Source: an uncultured Acidobacteriota bacterium (GTDB lineage Bacteria; Acidobacteriota; JAQAZP01). From it: a DNA stretch of 64,000 nucleotides. Positions 63,683 to 64,000 of this stretch are shown here, one piece after another; the first letter of the stretch is position 1, and each line of letters starts with the position of its first letter. A program made the translations under genes and the position numbers. Under the pieces are notes generated by a model. The model was not told the origin of the DNA. It saw only the letters and a program-made list of their open reading frames with translations, and did no database searches. The stretch lies in NCBI GenBank assembly GCA_963836075.1, contig CAWIIB010000001.1, forward strand, positions 192,001-256,000, given 5' to 3'.

Positions 63683-64000
63683 ATGACCATGCTGGCCAGA
63701 GACCTGATGGTGGATGAGTACGAGACCATCCGCCCCGAGGCCACCGTTCAGGAAGCGATCCGACTGATGCGTTTCACCCGCCACGGGCAGCAGGGGCGGC
63801 GAATTTTCGGCCTGCTGGTTCTGGACGCCCGGGACAAGCTGGCCGGGATGATCTCGATGAGCGACATCCTGCACCATGTCCGGCCCCCGTTCAAGAAAAT
63901 GTGGGCCGACACGGTGGGGCTGGCCTGGAGCGGCCAGTTCCAGGCCGCTTGCGAGCGGGCGAAAAAGATGCAGGTCAAGGAGATCATGAACCCCGCGGTA
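63683..64000 (+). CDS. CBS domain protein, runs off the right edge; paralog of 37226..37711
   Basis: Manual translation MTMLARDLMVDEYETIRPEATVQEAIRLMR...RRIFGLLVLD...GMISMSD...ACERAKKMQVKEIM. Confidence 0.85.
   Translation, partial: MTMLARDLMVDEYETIRPEATVQEAIRLMRFTRHGQQGRRIFGLLVLDARDKLAGMISMSDILHHVRPPFKKMWADTVGLAWSGQFQAACERAKKMQVKEIMNPAV

Overview
High-GC DNA from a diderm bacterium (LolA, outer-membrane beta-barrel). The gene order dsrC-dsrAB-dsrD-dsrN-dsrL with a second dsrMK suggests Acidobacteriota or a similar non-classical sulfate reducer (inference). 1-10.6 kb (minus strand): surface-polysaccharide and envelope genes (asnB-like amidotransferase, two FAD oxidoreductases, Wzx flippase, GT4, epimerase, SGNH-dockerin hydrolase, lolA, OMP). 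10.6-17.8 kb: ssb, dtd, hybrid kinase plus diguanylate cyclase, xerD, DHH-CBS tRNA nucleotidyltransferase. 18-64 kb: a supercluster for dissimilatory sulfate reduction, with SAM cycle and siroheme genes (metK, sirC/cysG-N, hemC, ahcY, hemA, cobA-hemD, hemB, hemL), a DASS anion transporter behind an output-less phosphorelay, a Na+-type pyrophosphatase, dsrTMKJOP, dsrM2K2, aprBA, two Cys-rich unknowns, qmoABC, a degenerate NtrC-family regulator, dsrC-A-B-D-N-L and three CBS proteins. sat is not in the window. About 12 single-base insertions break six genes and are probably read or assembly errors. The best new candidates are (1) a regulatory circuit of 12-bp-phased TGCAACA boxes at the dsrT, aprB and dsrC sigma70 promoters plus a Cys-rich PAS pseudo-enhancer-binding protein, and (2) a possible electrostatic dock between the DsrA acidic tail and the DsrL poly-Lys head.
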